Source of the DNA: Octopus sinensis | Taxonomy: Eukaryota | Assembly: GCF_006345805.1 (NCBI RefSeq) | Contig: NC_043015.1 | Coordinates: 30,504,001-30,568,000, forward strand | Reading direction: 5' to 3' | Length of the DNA stretch: 64,000 nt | In this document: piece by piece, positions 63,891-64,000 of the stretch | Position numbering within the stretch: the first letter of the stretch is position 1 | Layout: each line of letters starts with the position of its first letter | Program-made: the position numbers and the translations under genes | Notes under the pieces: model-generated | Seen by the model: only the letters and a program-made list of their open reading frames with translations | What the model was told of the DNA's origin: nothing | The model's database searches: none

Positions 63891-64000
63891 TCCGCATCTC
63901 TTTGAAATTTATCAATATAGAGGTTTATATAAGGATTATATCTTCTTTTCTATTACAAAATTTCTGAGGAGAGGATTTAATAATTTCATTTTGCTGCTTG

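Overview
AT-rich, repeat-dense animal genomic DNA, most likely from an octopod cephalopod. That assignment rests on SINE/LINE families I recognise from memory and is not a database result. One protein-coding gene spans the window on the + strand: the 5' part of NALCN (sodium leak channel, non-selective; NCA/narrow-abdomen orthologue). I reconstructed 14 coding exon positions by hand, all with GT-AG introns and consistent phases. They encode about 634 aa: the N-terminus, domain I, domain II and the start of the II-III linker. The gene continues past the right edge. The main feature is a pair of paralogous, phase-0 exons for the domain II pore. Exon '15a' (41662-41808) reads TQEGW and exon '15b' (52280-52414) reads TQKGW, so splicing can switch the selectivity filter between Glu and Lys. 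This switch is already known from other invertebrates such as Lymnaea, so it is not new in principle. Other observations: a candidate CpG-rich TATA-less promoter at ~5.3-5.45 kb with a sharp CpG drop downstream; a 1.42-kb tandem duplication containing a coding exon; a 945-bp tandem duplication with a SINE-SINE crossover signature; two ~3-kb (TA)n-rich arrays, one expanded inside a SINE; candidate stop-containing cassette exons; and many SINE, MITE, LINE, Penelope and mariner remnants. A 100-N gap at 35914-36013 is flanked by a probable false duplication, so local assembly quality is imperfect. Most short ORFs in the supplied track are repeat or microsatellite noise.
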